A program made the position numbers and the translations under genes. The notes under the pieces are model-generated. The model saw only the letters and a list, made by a program, of their open reading frames with translations. It had not been told where the DNA came from and ran no database searches. Positions 45,962-56,758 of a stretch of DNA of 64,000 nucleotides are shown one piece after another; the first letter of the stretch is position 1; each line of letters opens with the position of its first letter. This DNA is from Escherichia coli. Lineage in GTDB: Bacteria > Pseudomonadota > Gammaproteobacteria > Enterobacterales > Enterobacteriaceae. Where the stretch lies: assembly GCF_011045215.1 (NCBI RefSeq), contig NZ_CP049201.1, one strand, 5' to 3'.

Positions 45962-47995
45962 ATGACAGACCTTTCACACAGCAGGGAAAAGGACAAAATC
46001 AATCCGGTGGTGTTTTACACCTCCGCCGGACTGATTTTGTTGTTTTCCCTGACAACGATCCTGTTTCGCGACTTCTCGGCCCTGTGGATTGGCCGCACGC
46101 TGGACTGGGTTTCTAAAACCTTCGGTTGGTACTATCTGCTGGCGGCAACGCTCTATATTGTCTTTGTGGTCTGTATCGCTTGTTCGCGTTTTGGTTCGGT
46201 GAAGCTCGGGCCAGAACAATCCAAACCGGAATTCAGCCTGCTGAGTTGGGCGGCGATGCTGTTTGCTGCCGGGATCGGTATCGATCTGATGTTCTTTTCC
46301 GTAGCCGAACCGGTAACGCAGTATATGCAGCCGCCGGAAGGCGCGGGACAGACGATTGAGGCCGCGCGTCAGGCGATGGTCTGGACGCTGTTTCACTACG
46401 GCTTAACCGGCTGGTCGATGTATGCGCTGATGGGCATGGCGCTCGGATACTTTAGCTATCGTTATAATTTGCCGCTCACCATCCGCTCGGCGCTGTACCC
46501 GATCTTCGGTAAACGGATTAACGGGCCGATAGGTCACTCAGTGGATATTGCGGCGGTGATCGGCACTATCTTCGGTATTGCCACTACGCTCGGTATCGGT
46601 GTGGTGCAGCTTAACTATGGCTTGAGCGTACTGTTTGATATTCCCGATTCGATGGCGGCAAAAGCGGCACTGATCGCCTTGTCGGTGATAATCGCCACTA
46701 TCTCGGTGACATCCGGTGTCGATAAGGGCATTCGCGTGTTATCGGAACTTAACGTTGCGCTGGCGCTGGGGCTGATCCTGTTCGTGTTGTTTATGGGCGA
46801 CACTTCGTTCCTGCTTAATGCACTGGTGCTGAATGTTGGCGACTATGTGAATCGCTTTATGGGCATGACGCTCAACAGTTTTGCCTTCGACCGTCCAGTT
46901 GAGTGGATGAATAACTGGACGCTCTTCTTCTGGGCATGGTGGGTGGCATGGTCGCCGTTTGTCGGCTTGTTCCTGGCGCGTATCTCGCGTGGGCGTACCA
47001 TTCGCCAGTTCGTGCTGGGCACGTTGATTATTCCGTTTACCTTCACGCTGTTATGGCTCTCGGTGTTCGGCAATAGCGCGCTGTATGAAATCATCCACGG
47101 CGGCGCGGCATTTGCCGAGGAAGCGATGGTCCATCCGGAGCGCGGCTTCTACAGCCTGCTGGCGCAGTATCCGGCGTTTACCTTTAGCGCCTCTGTCGCC
47201 ACCATTACTGGCCTGCTGTTTTATGTGACCTCGGCGGACTCCGGGGCGCTGGTGCTGGGGAATTTCACCTCGCAGCTTAAAGATATCAACAGCGACGCCC
47301 CCGGCTGGCTGCGCGTCTTCTGGTCGGTGGCGATTGGCCTGCTGACGCTCGGCATGCTGATGACCAACGGGATATCCGCGCTGCAAAACACCACGGTGAT
47401 TATGGGGCTGCCGTTCAGCTTTGTGATCTTCTTCGTGATGGCGGGGTTGTATAAATCTCTGAAGGTAGAAGATTACCGCCGTGAAAGTGCCAACCGCGAT
47501 ACCGCACCGCGACCGCTGGGGCTTCAGGATCGCCTGAGCTGGAAAAAACGTCTCTCGCGCCTGATGAATTATCCGGGCACGCGTTACACTAAACAGATGA
47601 TGGAGACGGTCTGTTACCCGGCAATGGAAGAAGTGGCGCAGGAGTTGCGGTTGCGCGGCGCGTACGTGGAGCTAAAAAGCCTGCCACCGGAAGAGGGACA
47701 GCAGTTGGGTCATCTGGATTTGTTGGTGCATATGGGCGAAGAGCAAAACTTTGTCTATCAGATTTGGCCGCAGCAATATTCGGTGCCGGGCTTTACCTAC
47801 CGCGCACGAAGCGGTAAATCGACCTACTACCGGCTGGAAACCTTCCTGTTAGAAGGCAGCCAGGGCAACGACCTGATGGACTACAGCAAAGAGCAGGTGA
47901 TCACCGATATTCTTGACCAGTACGAGCGGCACCTTAACTTTATTCATCTCCATCGTGAAGCGCCGGGCCATAGCGTGATGTTCCCGGACGCGTGA
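45962..47995 (+). CDS. betT: BCCT-family choline transporter
   Basis: 677 aa, 12 transmembrane BCCT core plus a long hydrophilic C-terminal tail. Confidence 0.9.
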   Translation: MTDLSHSREKDKINPVVFYTSAGLILLFSLTTILFRDFSALWIGRTLDWVSKTFGWYYLLAATLYIVFVVCIACSRFGSVKLGPEQSKPEFSLLSWAAMLFAAGIGIDLMFFSVAEPVTQYMQPPEGAGQTIEAARQAMVWTLFHYGLTGWSMYALMGMALGYFSYRYNLPLTIRSALYPIFGKRINGPIGHSVDIAAVIGTIFGIATTLGIGVVQLNYGLSVLFDIPDSMAAKAALIALSVIIATISVTSGVDKGIRVLSELNVALALGLILFVLFMGDTSFLLNALVLNVGDYVNRFMGMTLNSFAFDRPVEWMNNWTLFFWAWWVAWSPFVGLFLARISRGRTIRQFVLGTLIIPFTFTLLWLSVFGNSALYEIIHGGAAFAEEAMVHPERGFYSLLAQYPAFTFSASVATITGLLFYVTSADSGALVLGNFTSQLKDINSDAPGWLRVFWSVAIGLLTLGMLMTNGISALQNTTVIMGLPFSFVIFFVMAGLYKSLKVEDYRRESANRDTAPRPLGLQDRLSWKKRLSRLMNYPGTRYTKQMMETVCYPAMEEVAQELRLRGAYVELKSLPPEEGQQLGHLDLLVHMGEEQNFVYQIWPQQYSVPGFTYRARSGKSTYYRLETFLLEGSQGNDLMDYSKEQVITDILDQYERHLNFIHLHREAPGHSVMFPDA

Positions 47996-48008
47996 TTGTT
48001 ATTGCATA

Positions 48009-48046
48009 AAACCGCGCCATGTTTGCATATGGCGCGGTTTCTCTTA
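48009..48046 (+). terminator. intrinsic terminator after betT
   Basis: Stem AAACCGCGCCAT / ATGGCGCGGTTT (12 bp) with an 8-nt loop, followed by TCTCTT; 14 nt after the betT stop. Confidence 0.55.
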
Positions 48047-48870
48047 CCTCTTGATACGTTATATCTGTACGGTTAAGCCCTTAGTATCGATTGATGATTG
48101 CCAGGCAACAGATAATAAAAAAGAAAAGAACTATTGAAGCCCAAAACCTACATTTGGACTGTTGTGAATGTTCAATAAGCTTAGTCTTATTTAATGTAAA
48201 TATTGGTGCTAATTTGAAATGACGCTTTATTCATGGGGAACGCGTAGCGCAAATCAACTAAAATCAATGTAACCGTTTGTTGTTTAAGGTTTAATTGTCT
48301 GTGTCTGATATTTTATTGATTGTTTTAAATATTGTTTTTATTGTCATTGTTATAATGTTGGCTATCTATTGCTGAATGGATTCAGTCTTAAAAGGCAGGT
48401 TGTTAAGGGATAGGCATAGAGTAATGACGTGTATGCATAACCAACATCTTTACTCATTATGTCATTGAATGTTGACGCTATGTGTTTATGAGGTTGAGGT
48501 ATTTTCAGTTGATCTGGATTGTTAAATTCATATAATGCGCCTTTACTCATGAGTGGGCATCAATACGTAGTGGGAAATTATAAATATCGAAATAGTCCAA
48601 CTACTTCTTCATTACCAAAAATGAGTATCTGAATTTTAATATTGCATTCTTGCGTGATTATCTCCTGAGTTTGACTTGTGATTACCTTTTTAAGGTATTT
48701 AGCGTAACTGTTTTTGAGCGAGCATCAGAGGTAAAGATAATCTTCTTGATAGTGATGTGGGATGTTATACGTATGGCATCGCTAATGTTTATGGTTACCC
48801 CTTATGTGTGCTCAGGAATCCACAGGTAATCACTCATACTGAACAGCGATAAAAGATAAAAGGTGTGTTC

Positions 48871-49959
48871 ATGAATTCATGTGATTTTCGTGTTTTTCTG
48901 CAAGAGTTCGGTACAACGGTTCATTTGTCATTGCCTGGTAGCGTATCCGAGAAAGAACGACTGCTACTCAAGCTGCTGATGCAGGGAATGTCTGTAACAG
49001 AAATATCACAGTACAGAAATCGCAGTGCAAAGACAATTTCACATCAAAAGAAACAGCTCTTTGAGAAACTGGGGATTCAGAGCGATATTACTTTCTGGCG
49101 CGATATTTTCTTTCAGTACAATCCGGAGATCATATCCGCCACGGGTAGTAATAGTCATAGATATATTAATGATAATCACTATCACCATATCGTCACGCCT
49201 GAAGCCATCAGTCTGGCGTTGGAAGACCACGAATTCAAACCGTGGATCCAACCGGTTTTCTGCGCGCAGACTGGGGTACTGACGGGCTGTGAGGTGCTTG
49301 TCCGCTGGGAACATCCACAAACGGGAATTATCCCACCGGATCAGTTTATTCCTCTGGCGGAGTCATCCGGTCTTATTGTCATAATGACCCGCCAACTGAT
49401 GAAACAGACTGCGGATATTCTGATGCCGGTAAAACATTTGCTGCCGGATAATTTCCATATTGGTATCAACGTCTCGGCGGGTTGTTTTTTGGCCGCGGGA
49501 TTTGAAAAAGAATGCCTGAATCTGGTCAAGAAATTAGGAAACGATAAAATCAAACTGGTTCTCGAGCTAACGGAACGTAACCCTATTCCGGTAACGCCAG
49601 AAGCCAGAGCGATATTTGACAGCCTTCATCAGCACAACATTACCTTTGCGCTGGATGACTTTGGTACGGGTTATGCGACCTATCGTTATCTGCAGGCGTT
49701 TCCGGTCGATTTTATTAAGATCGATAAGTCATTTGTGCAAATGGCGAGTGTCGACGAAATCTCCGGTCATATTGTGGACAATATTGTCGAACTGGCGCGT
49801 AAGCCTGGTCTGAGTATCGTAGCGGAAGGGGTAGAGACCCAGGAGCAGGCGGATTTAATGATCGGTAAAGGCGTTCACTTTTTGCAGGGCTATTTGTACT
49901 CCCCGCCAGTTCCGGGTAATAAATTTATCTCTGAATGGGTAATGAAAGCAGGTGGTTGA
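48871..49959 (+). CDS. pdeL: LuxR-HTH / EAL-domain c-di-GMP phosphodiesterase
   Basis: Start at MNSCDFRVFLQEF…; N-terminal LuxR-type HTH and C-terminal EAL domain (…ELTER…DDFGTGYA…). Formerly yahA. Confidence 0.8.
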   Translation: MNSCDFRVFLQEFGTTVHLSLPGSVSEKERLLLKLLMQGMSVTEISQYRNRSAKTISHQKKQLFEKLGIQSDITFWRDIFFQYNPEIISATGSNSHRYINDNHYHHIVTPEAISLALEDHEFKPWIQPVFCAQTGVLTGCEVLVRWEHPQTGIIPPDQFIPLAESSGLIVIMTRQLMKQTADILMPVKHLLPDNFHIGINVSAGCFLAAGFEKECLNLVKKLGNDKIKLVLELTERNPIPVTPEARAIFDSLHQHNITFALDDFGTGYATYRYLQAFPVDFIKIDKSFVQMASVDEISGHIVDNIVELARKPGLSIVAEGVETQEQADLMIGKGVHFLQGYLYSPPVPGNKFISEWVMKAGG

Positions 49960-50000
49960 TGTAAACCGCTATTCACAGCGCATCGGGAGGTTGGCAGCGA

Positions 50001-50933
50001 TTAATTCTCCCGATGCAGTAAATCCTGATAGATCCCCGTTAATATGCCATTTGGCGCAAATTGTTTTTTAATCCACTGCGTCACCTGACCCGTAGCAGAA
50101 TGCTGAGTCGCCAGCAACATGCGCGAATCCTGGCGCGGATTATGGATTTGTCGGGTAACCAGCAGGGATTGCGCCATCGCCTCACGGACCATGTAATCCG
50201 GCAAAAAACCAATTCCTTCACCTAAAATCTGGCACTGACATTTGGTGTTGAAATCTGGCACCAGAATCGACTCCTGCCCATGCAGCAACCAGCCCACTTT
50301 TTTATTAATCGTATGCGCGGTGTCCTCCACCATAATATTAGGGTAGAGACGCAGTTGGCTTTCGGCGATGGGTTCCGGCACAAAGGCTAACGGGTGATCC
50401 GGGGCGATAGCAAAAGCCCAGCGAATCGCGCCAATTTCAGTGTAATCAATACCGCCGCCGTCCAGTAGTGTATCGGGTGCGCCGATGGCGATATTGGCCT
50501 GATTATTAATAATCGCATCCCAGACGCCGTTATACACTTCGGTCGTCACGGTAATCTGGCAGGTAGGAAACTGCTTTTTCAGCACCTGTAATAAGCGCGC
50601 GGTGTGTTTGGGCGTATAAAGCAGCTGATTAATACAAATGCGCACACGCGCTTCTATGCCCTGCGAAATAGTATCTATGCTACGTTTGATGGCATAAAAA
50701 TCATTCAGCAGGTCGGTAGCTTTGCGGAAAAAATAACGCCCGGACTCGGTTAACTCAATGCTGCGGGTACTGCGAGTGAACAGCACCACATCCAGCCCCG
50801 TCTCCATACGCTTAATGGTGTAGCTAATGGCGGAAGTGGTTAAACCCAACTCTTCTGCGGCTTTACTGAAGCTGCCAAAACGCGCAGCGGTAGTAAATGC
50901 CAACAGATTCTCTTCGGTAAAAATTGAGTTCAT
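50001..50933 (-). CDS. yahB: LysR-family transcriptional regulator
   Basis: Start at MNSIFTEENLLAFTTAARFGSFSKAAEELGL… (310 aa); the ORF-track start 20 codons earlier was rejected. Confidence 0.8.
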   Translation of the reverse strand: MNSIFTEENLLAFTTAARFGSFSKAAEELGLTTSAISYTIKRMETGLDVVLFTRSTRSIELTESGRYFFRKATDLLNDFYAIKRSIDTISQGIEARVRICINQLLYTPKHTARLLQVLKKQFPTCQITVTTEVYNGVWDAIINNQANIAIGAPDTLLDGGGIDYTEIGAIRWAFAIAPDHPLAFVPEPIAESQLRLYPNIMVEDTAHTINKKVGWLLHGQESILVPDFNTKCQCQILGEGIGFLPDYMVREAMAQSLLVTRQIHNPRQDSRMLLATQHSATGQVTQWIKKQFAPNGILTGIYQDLLHREN

Positions 50934-51024
50934 TAAACCATTCCCGCCATTTTCTACTTTAATTTTCTCCAGGCATAACTGTAGAGGTATCAATTAAAGA
51001 TGGGTAATCATTTTTGAATAACTT

Positions 51025-51522
51025 TTAATACCCGTCGCGTTTAGTCGTCGCTTCGCTTAATTTTTGTCCACCATATTCTGAAATTATCCCCACGCAGTTA
51101 CCCGCCAGAAAACCCAGTAACGTCACCGTCCAGTTCATCCCGCTGGCAAAAAACAGCGTCATGCCGAGAAAGCCACCGGGAATAAATGACAGTAACCAGA
51201 AACGCCCTTGCCAGACCACCACCGCCGAGAAGGGGGCGGTAGTAATTACGCTCGCCCAGAACCCAGAAATCCCACTCACCGAGGCCAGCCAACCGGCAGC
51301 CAGCGCGGCGAAAAACGCCCACACCATCCCGGAATAATTAACCGCCAGACTTCTGATAAACCCCGATTTACCGCCGCCTGCGGCATAAAAACTGCAAAAG
51401 GCGACGAAGCCAATGGTTCCTAATAATTCCCATCCCTGAGAGAGCCCGACATGTGAAGACACTAACTGCCAAAGCCCTGCACAAATACCGACGGTGACAC
51501 CCGTTGCCGTGAGTCCGTTCAT
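51025..51522 (-). CDS. yahC: inner membrane protein YahC
   Basis: 165 aa, highly hydrophobic multi-pass protein. Confidence 0.7.
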   Translation of the reverse strand: MNGLTATGVTVGICAGLWQLVSSHVGLSQGWELLGTIGFVAFCSFYAAGGGKSGFIRSLAVNYSGMVWAFFAALAAGWLASVSGISGFWASVITTAPFSAVVVWQGRFWLLSFIPGGFLGMTLFFASGMNWTVTLLGFLAGNCVGIISEYGGQKLSEATTKRDGY

Positions 51523-51779
51523 CTTGTTCCCCTCTGGTTAGACATGGACGAAAGCTACTCTTACATGTGCAGACTATAGAGAAATAAAACCTGATTGAGT
51601 GAAAGGGTATCGGGTCAAAGAAACAAATATTGCACTACCGCACACTGCGAAAAGATTGTTGAACATCATTCAACAAAAAGGCGAAATACGGCGAATTAAA
51701 TTTAAGCGGGTTCTTTTATCAGATTATCGTTGCTATTCTCAATTCATCGAAAACAGCCACAAAAACCAGGGGAATGTGA

Positions 51780-52385
51780 ATGAGTATAAAAAATCTACCT
51801 GCCGACTATTTATTGGCTGCACAACAGGGTGATATCGATAAAGTAAAAACCTGCCTTGCGCTGGGTGTCGATATTAATACCTGCGATCGTCAGGGGAAAA
51901 CGGCAATTACGCTGGCAAGTTTATATCAGCAATATGCTTGCGTTCAGGCATTAATTGATGCCGGAGCGGATATTAATAAACAAGATCATACCTGTTTAAA
52001 TCCTTTTTTAATTAGCTGTCTGAACGATGATTTAACGCTACTACGAATTATTTTACCGGCTAAACCCGATCTTAATTGCGTAACCCGTTTTGGCGGTGTC
52101 GGCCTGACGCCTGCCTGTGAAAAAGGCCATTTAAGTATTGTAAAAGAGCTTTTGGCGCATACGGAAATTAACGTTAACCAGACCAACCATGTAGGCTGGA
52201 CGCCGCTACTGGAAGCGATTGTGCTTAATGATGGTGGTATTAAACAACAGGCGATTGTGCAGTTATTGCTGGAACACGGTGCCAGCCCGCATCTGACCGA
52301 TAAATATGGCAAAACGCCACTGGAACTGGCGCGGGAACGGGGCTTTGACGAGATTGCGCAGTTACTGATTGCCGCAGGCGCATAA
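51780..52385 (+). CDS. yahD: ankyrin-repeat protein
   Basis: 201 aa with several ankyrin repeats (…GKTAITLASLYQQYACVQALIDAGADIN…, …GWTPLLEAIVLN…, …GKTPLELARERG…). Confidence 0.8.
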   Translation: MSIKNLPADYLLAAQQGDIDKVKTCLALGVDINTCDRQGKTAITLASLYQQYACVQALIDAGADINKQDHTCLNPFLISCLNDDLTLLRIILPAKPDLNCVTRFGGVGLTPACEKGHLSIVKELLAHTEINVNQTNHVGWTPLLEAIVLNDGGIKQQAIVQLLLEHGASPHLTDKYGKTPLELARERGFDEIAQLLIAAGA

Positions 52386-52424
52386 ACCGGGAGGCTTGCA
52401 ATCAACACACCAGAAAAACGGTGT

Positions 52425-53288
52425 ATGTGGGCGCTAACTGCGGATGCGGATTTTCTGGCGCAGCGGGGGCAAGGACAGGTTGAACAGGTCTTTGCCAGAG
52501 CGGTAAATATCGCACTCCCGGCTCGCCAGCAGTTGCTGACGCTGCTTTGTGAAGAGTACGACAATGCGCCAAACAGTTGTCGGTTGGCACTCACTCACTT
52601 TGATGATCTGTTCCGGCATGGTGATAAGGTTCAGTTTGACGATCAAGGTATTACGGTTGGTCAACATCTTCATATAGAGATGAGTCGTTGTCGGCGTTGG
52701 CTGTCCCCAACCTTGCAAATGACCGCTGTGAATTTTCACCTTATCGCCTGGCAACAGTGGCACGACATTATTCATCAGCACCTGGGGGAAAATGAAACCC
52801 TGTTTAATTATCGCGGCGATAATCCGTTTTATCAGGCGTTAAATAAAGAATTACATATTAAACGACGGGCAGTTATTCAGACAGTAAACGATAAGCAAAA
52901 TATCGCCTCAGCGGTCGCCAGTATGATGGGGTTAGGGATTGGCCTTACGCCATCAGCCGACGATTATTTAACAGGTCTGGCGCTTATTTTATTTATTCCC
53001 GGGCATCCGGCGGAAAAATACAAAGAGGAATTTTATCTCGGTCTGCAACGCGGCAGAAATAATACCACATTATTAAGTGCTATAACGCTGGAAGCCGCAT
53101 TACAACAACGTTGCCGGGAAAATATTCATCGTTTTATTCACAACATTATTTATGACATCCCTGGGAACGCAACTCAGGCAATAGAAAAAATTAAACATAT
53201 TGGCTCCAGTTCCGGCTGCGACATGCTGTATGGCATGGCCGATGGTTGTGCGCTGAGCCAAACCTACGGAGGGAATTATGTCAGTTAA
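52425..53288 (+). CDS. yahE: DUF2877-family protein (YlbF/AllH-like)
   Basis: 287 aa; 11-nt overlap with yahF. Confidence 0.7.
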   Translation: MWALTADADFLAQRGQGQVEQVFARAVNIALPARQQLLTLLCEEYDNAPNSCRLALTHFDDLFRHGDKVQFDDQGITVGQHLHIEMSRCRRWLSPTLQMTAVNFHLIAWQQWHDIIHQHLGENETLFNYRGDNPFYQALNKELHIKRRAVIQTVNDKQNIASAVASMMGLGIGLTPSADDYLTGLALILFIPGHPAEKYKEEFYLGLQRGRNNTTLLSAITLEAALQQRCRENIHRFIHNIIYDIPGNATQAIEKIKHIGSSSGCDMLYGMADGCALSQTYGGNYVS

Positions 53289-54825
53289 AATAGTCATTAA
53301 ACCGAATACCTATTTTGATTCTGTCTCGCTGATGTCTATCTCCACGCGTGCAAATAAACTCGACGGCGTCGAGCAGGCATTTGTGGCGATGGCGACCGAA
53401 ATGAATAAAGGCGTGCTGAAGAATTTAGGACTGCTGACGCCGGAGCTGGAACAGGCGAAAAACGGCGACCTGATGATTGTCATCAATGGTAAATCGGGTG
53501 CGGACAACGAGCAGTTGCTGGTGGAGATTGAAGAACTGTTCAACACCAAAGCGCAAAGCGGCTCGCACGAGGCGCGTTACGCCACTATTGCCAGCGCCAA
53601 AAAGCATATCCCGGAAAGTAACCTGGCGGTGATTTCGGTCAACGGTCTGTTTGCCGCTCGCGAAGCGCGTCAGGCGCTGCAAAACGATCTCAACGTGATG
53701 CTGTTTTCCGATAACGTCTCGGTTGAAGATGAACTGGCGCTCAAACAGTTGGCCCATGAAAAAGGGCTGCTGATGATGGGGCCGGACTGCGGCACGGCGA
53801 TTATCAACGGCGCGGCGCTCTGCTTTGGTAACGCCGTGCGTCGCGGTAACATCGGTATTGTTGGCGCATCCGGCACCGGCAGCCAGGAGCTGAGCGTCCG
53901 CATTCATGAATTTGGCGGAGGCGTTTCGCAACTCATCGGCACCGGCGGGCGCGACCTGAGCGAGAAAATCGGCGGCCTGATGATGCTCGACGCCATCGGG
54001 ATGCTGGAAAACGATCCGCAAACTGAAATTATCGCGCTGATTTCAAAACCTCCCGCGCCTGCGGTGGCCCGTAAAGTGCTGGAACGCGCCCGCGCCTGCC
54101 GCAAGCCGGTGGTGGTCTGCTTCCTCGGTCGTGGCGAAACGCCAGTGGACGAGCAGGGGCTACAGTTTGCTCGCGGCAGCAAAGAAGCGGCGCTGAAAGC
54201 GGTGATGCTCTCCGGCGTGAAACAGGAACATCTCGATCTGCATACCCTGAACCAGCCGTTGATTGCGGATGTGCGTGCGCGTCTGCAACCCCAGCAGAAA
54301 TACATTCGTGGCCTGTTCTGCGGCGGTACGCTGTGTGACGAAACCATGTTCGCGGTGATGGAAAAACACGGCGATGTCTACAGCAACATCCAGCCCGATC
54401 CTGAATTCCGCCTGCAAGATATCAACCGCAGCATCAAACACACCTTCCTCGACTTTGGCGATGACGACTTCACCAACGGCAAGCCGCACCCGATGATTGA
54501 CCCCACCAACCGTATCAGCCGCTTGATCGAAGAAGCGCGCGATCCAGAAGTGGCGGTGATCGTGATGGATTTTGTGCTCGGATTTGGATCGCACGAAGAT
54601 CCGGTTGGTTCCACCATCGAGGCGATCAAAGAAGCGAAAGCGATCGCCGCTGCCGAAGGACGCGAGTTGATCATTCTCGCCTATGTGCTGGGTACCGATC
54701 TTGATACGCCATCGTTAGAACAACAAAGCCAGATGCTGCTTGATGCCGGAGTGATTCTGGCGAGCAGCAGCACCAATACCGGATTGCTGGCGCGTGAATT
54801 TATCTGCAAAGGGGAGGAAGCCTGA
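53278..54825 (+). CDS. yahF: FdrA-like CoA-ligase-fold protein (AllF paralog)
   Basis: 515 aa, succinyl-CoA-synthetase-alpha-like fold (…IGIVGASGTGSQEL…). Confidence 0.8.
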   Translation: MSVKIVIKPNTYFDSVSLMSISTRANKLDGVEQAFVAMATEMNKGVLKNLGLLTPELEQAKNGDLMIVINGKSGADNEQLLVEIEELFNTKAQSGSHEARYATIASAKKHIPESNLAVISVNGLFAAREARQALQNDLNVMLFSDNVSVEDELALKQLAHEKGLLMMGPDCGTAIINGAALCFGNAVRRGNIGIVGASGTGSQELSVRIHEFGGGVSQLIGTGGRDLSEKIGGLMMLDAIGMLENDPQTEIIALISKPPAPAVARKVLERARACRKPVVVCFLGRGETPVDEQGLQFARGSKEAALKAVMLSGVKQEHLDLHTLNQPLIADVRARLQPQQKYIRGLFCGGTLCDETMFAVMEKHGDVYSNIQPDPEFRLQDINRSIKHTFLDFGDDDFTNGKPHPMIDPTNRISRLIEEARDPEVAVIVMDFVLGFGSHEDPVGSTIEAIKEAKAIAAAEGRELIILAYVLGTDLDTPSLEQQSQMLLDAGVILASSSTNTGLLAREFICKGEEA

Positions 54826-56243
54826 TGAGCCAGTCACTGTTTAGCCAACCATTGAACGTTATTAACGTCGGCATCGCCATGTTTAGCGATGACCTGAAAA
54901 AGCAGCATGTAGAAGTGACTCAACTCGACTGGACGCCGCCGGGGCAGGGCAATATGCAGGTGGTGCAGGCGCTGGATAACATTGCCGATTCGCCGCTGGC
55001 AGACAAAATCGCCGCCGCTAACCAGCAGGCGCTGGAGCGCATTATCCAGTCGCATCCGGTGCTGATTGGTTTTGATCAGGCGATTAACGTGGTGCCGGGC
55101 ATGACGGCGAAAACCATTCTTCACGCCGGGCCGCCGATCACCTGGGAAAAAATGTGCGGCGCGATGAAAGGCGCGGTCACCGGAGCGCTGGTGTTCGAAG
55201 GGCTGGCGAAAGATCTCGATGAGGCGGCTGACCTGGCGGCTTCCGGGGAGATCACCTTCTCGCCGTGTCACGAGCACGACTGCGTGGGATCGATGGCGGG
55301 TGTGACCTCGGCCTCGATGTTTATGCACATCGTAAAAAACAAAACCTACGGCAACATCGCTTATACCAACATGAGCGAGCAGATGGCGAAGATTTTGCGT
55401 ATGGGCGCTAACGACCAGAGCGTGATTGACCGCCTGAACTGGATGCGTGATGTGCAGGGACCAATACTGCGCGACGCGATGAAAATTATCGGCGAAATCG
55501 ATCTGCGCTTAATGCTGGCGCAGGCGCTGCATATGGGCGATGAGTGCCATAACCGCAATAACGCCGGGACGACGCTGCTGATTCAGGCGCTGACGCCGGG
55601 GATTATCCAGGCGGGCTATTCCGTGGAGCAACAGCGCGAAGTGTTTGAGTTTGTCGCCAGCAGCGACTACTTCTCCGGCCCGACGTGGATGGCGATGTGT
55701 AAAGCGGCGATGGATGCGGCGCACGGCATCGAATACAGCACCGTCGTTACCACCATGGCGCGTAACGGCGTCGAATTCGGCCTGCGAGTCAGCGGATTAC
55801 CGGGGCAATGGTTTACCGGCCCGGCGCAGCAGGTTATTGGCCCGATGTTTGCCGGTTATAAGCCGGAAGATTCAGGGCTGGATATTGGCGACAGCGCCAT
55901 CACTGAAACCTACGGTATTGGCGGGTTTGCCATGGCGACCGCGCCTGCAATCGTCGCGCTGGTCGGCGGTACGGTGGAAGAGGCTATCGATTTCTCCCGT
56001 CAGATGCGCGAAATCACTCTCGGTGAAAACCCCAACGTCACCATTCCGCTGCTCGGTTTTATGGGCGTGCCGTCGGCAATCGACATCACCCGCGTGGGTA
56101 GCAGCGGCATTCTGCCGGTGATCAACACCGCCATCGCCCATAAAGATGCGGGCGTCGGCATGATTGGCGCGGGCATTGTGCATCCACCTTTTGCCTGCTT
56201 CGAGAAAGCCATTCTTGGCTGGTGCGAACGTTACGGCGTCTGA
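54825..56243 (+). CDS. yahG: DUF1116-family protein (YlbE/AllG-like)
   Basis: 472 aa; start overlaps the yahF stop (TGATG). Confidence 0.8.
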   Translation: MSQSLFSQPLNVINVGIAMFSDDLKKQHVEVTQLDWTPPGQGNMQVVQALDNIADSPLADKIAAANQQALERIIQSHPVLIGFDQAINVVPGMTAKTILHAGPPITWEKMCGAMKGAVTGALVFEGLAKDLDEAADLAASGEITFSPCHEHDCVGSMAGVTSASMFMHIVKNKTYGNIAYTNMSEQMAKILRMGANDQSVIDRLNWMRDVQGPILRDAMKIIGEIDLRLMLAQALHMGDECHNRNNAGTTLLIQALTPGIIQAGYSVEQQREVFEFVASSDYFSGPTWMAMCKAAMDAAHGIEYSTVVTTMARNGVEFGLRVSGLPGQWFTGPAQQVIGPMFAGYKPEDSGLDIGDSAITETYGIGGFAMATAPAIVALVGGTVEEAIDFSRQMREITLGENPNVTIPLLGFMGVPSAIDITRVGSSGILPVINTAIAHKDAGVGMIGAGIVHPPFACFEKAILGWCERYGV

Positions 56244-56255
56244 CCTACATGTTCA

Positions 56256-56709
56256 TGCCGGATGCGGCGTGAACGCCTTATCCGGCCTACAAGTGGCGCA
56301 AGAATTTGTAGGCCTGATAAGCGTAGCGCATCAGGCATTTGTCACCATTGCCTGATGCGGCGTGAACGCCTTATCCGGCCTACGAGTGGCGCGAGAATTT
56401 GTAGGCCTGATAAGCGTAGCGCATCAGGCATTTGTCACCATTGCCGGATGCGGCGTGAACGCCTTATCCGGCCTACGAGTGGCACGAGAATTTGTAGGCC
56501 TGATAAGCGTAGCGCATCAGGCATTTGTCACCATTGCCGGATGCGGCGTGAACGCCTTATCCGGCCTACGAGTGGCACGAGAATTTGTAGGCCTGATAAG
56601 CGTAGCGCATCAGGCATTTGTCACCATTGCCGGATGCGGCGTGAACGCCTTATCCGGCCTACGAGTGGCACGAGAATTTGTAGGCCTGATAAGCGTAGCG
56701 CATCAGGCA
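56256..56709. repeat. tandem REP (BIME-type) array, about 5 units of about 93 bp
   Basis: Repeating unit TGCCGGATGCGGCGTGAACGCCTTATCCGGCCTAC-spacer-TAGGCCTGATAAGCGTAGCGCATCAGGCA-TTTGTCACCAT, with unit starts at about 56256, 56349, 56442, 56536 and 56628; fills the yahG-yahI gap. Confidence 0.85.
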
Positions 56710-56758
56710 ATTTGGCGTTGGTCACAACCCCATCATCCTCTGTAGCGGACATAACAAA

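Noticed and set aside
56256-56709. Possible CRISPR array
   Set aside because: The units are about 93 bp and near-identical along their whole length, with no unique spacers and no cas genes nearby; the repeats match the REP palindrome family.
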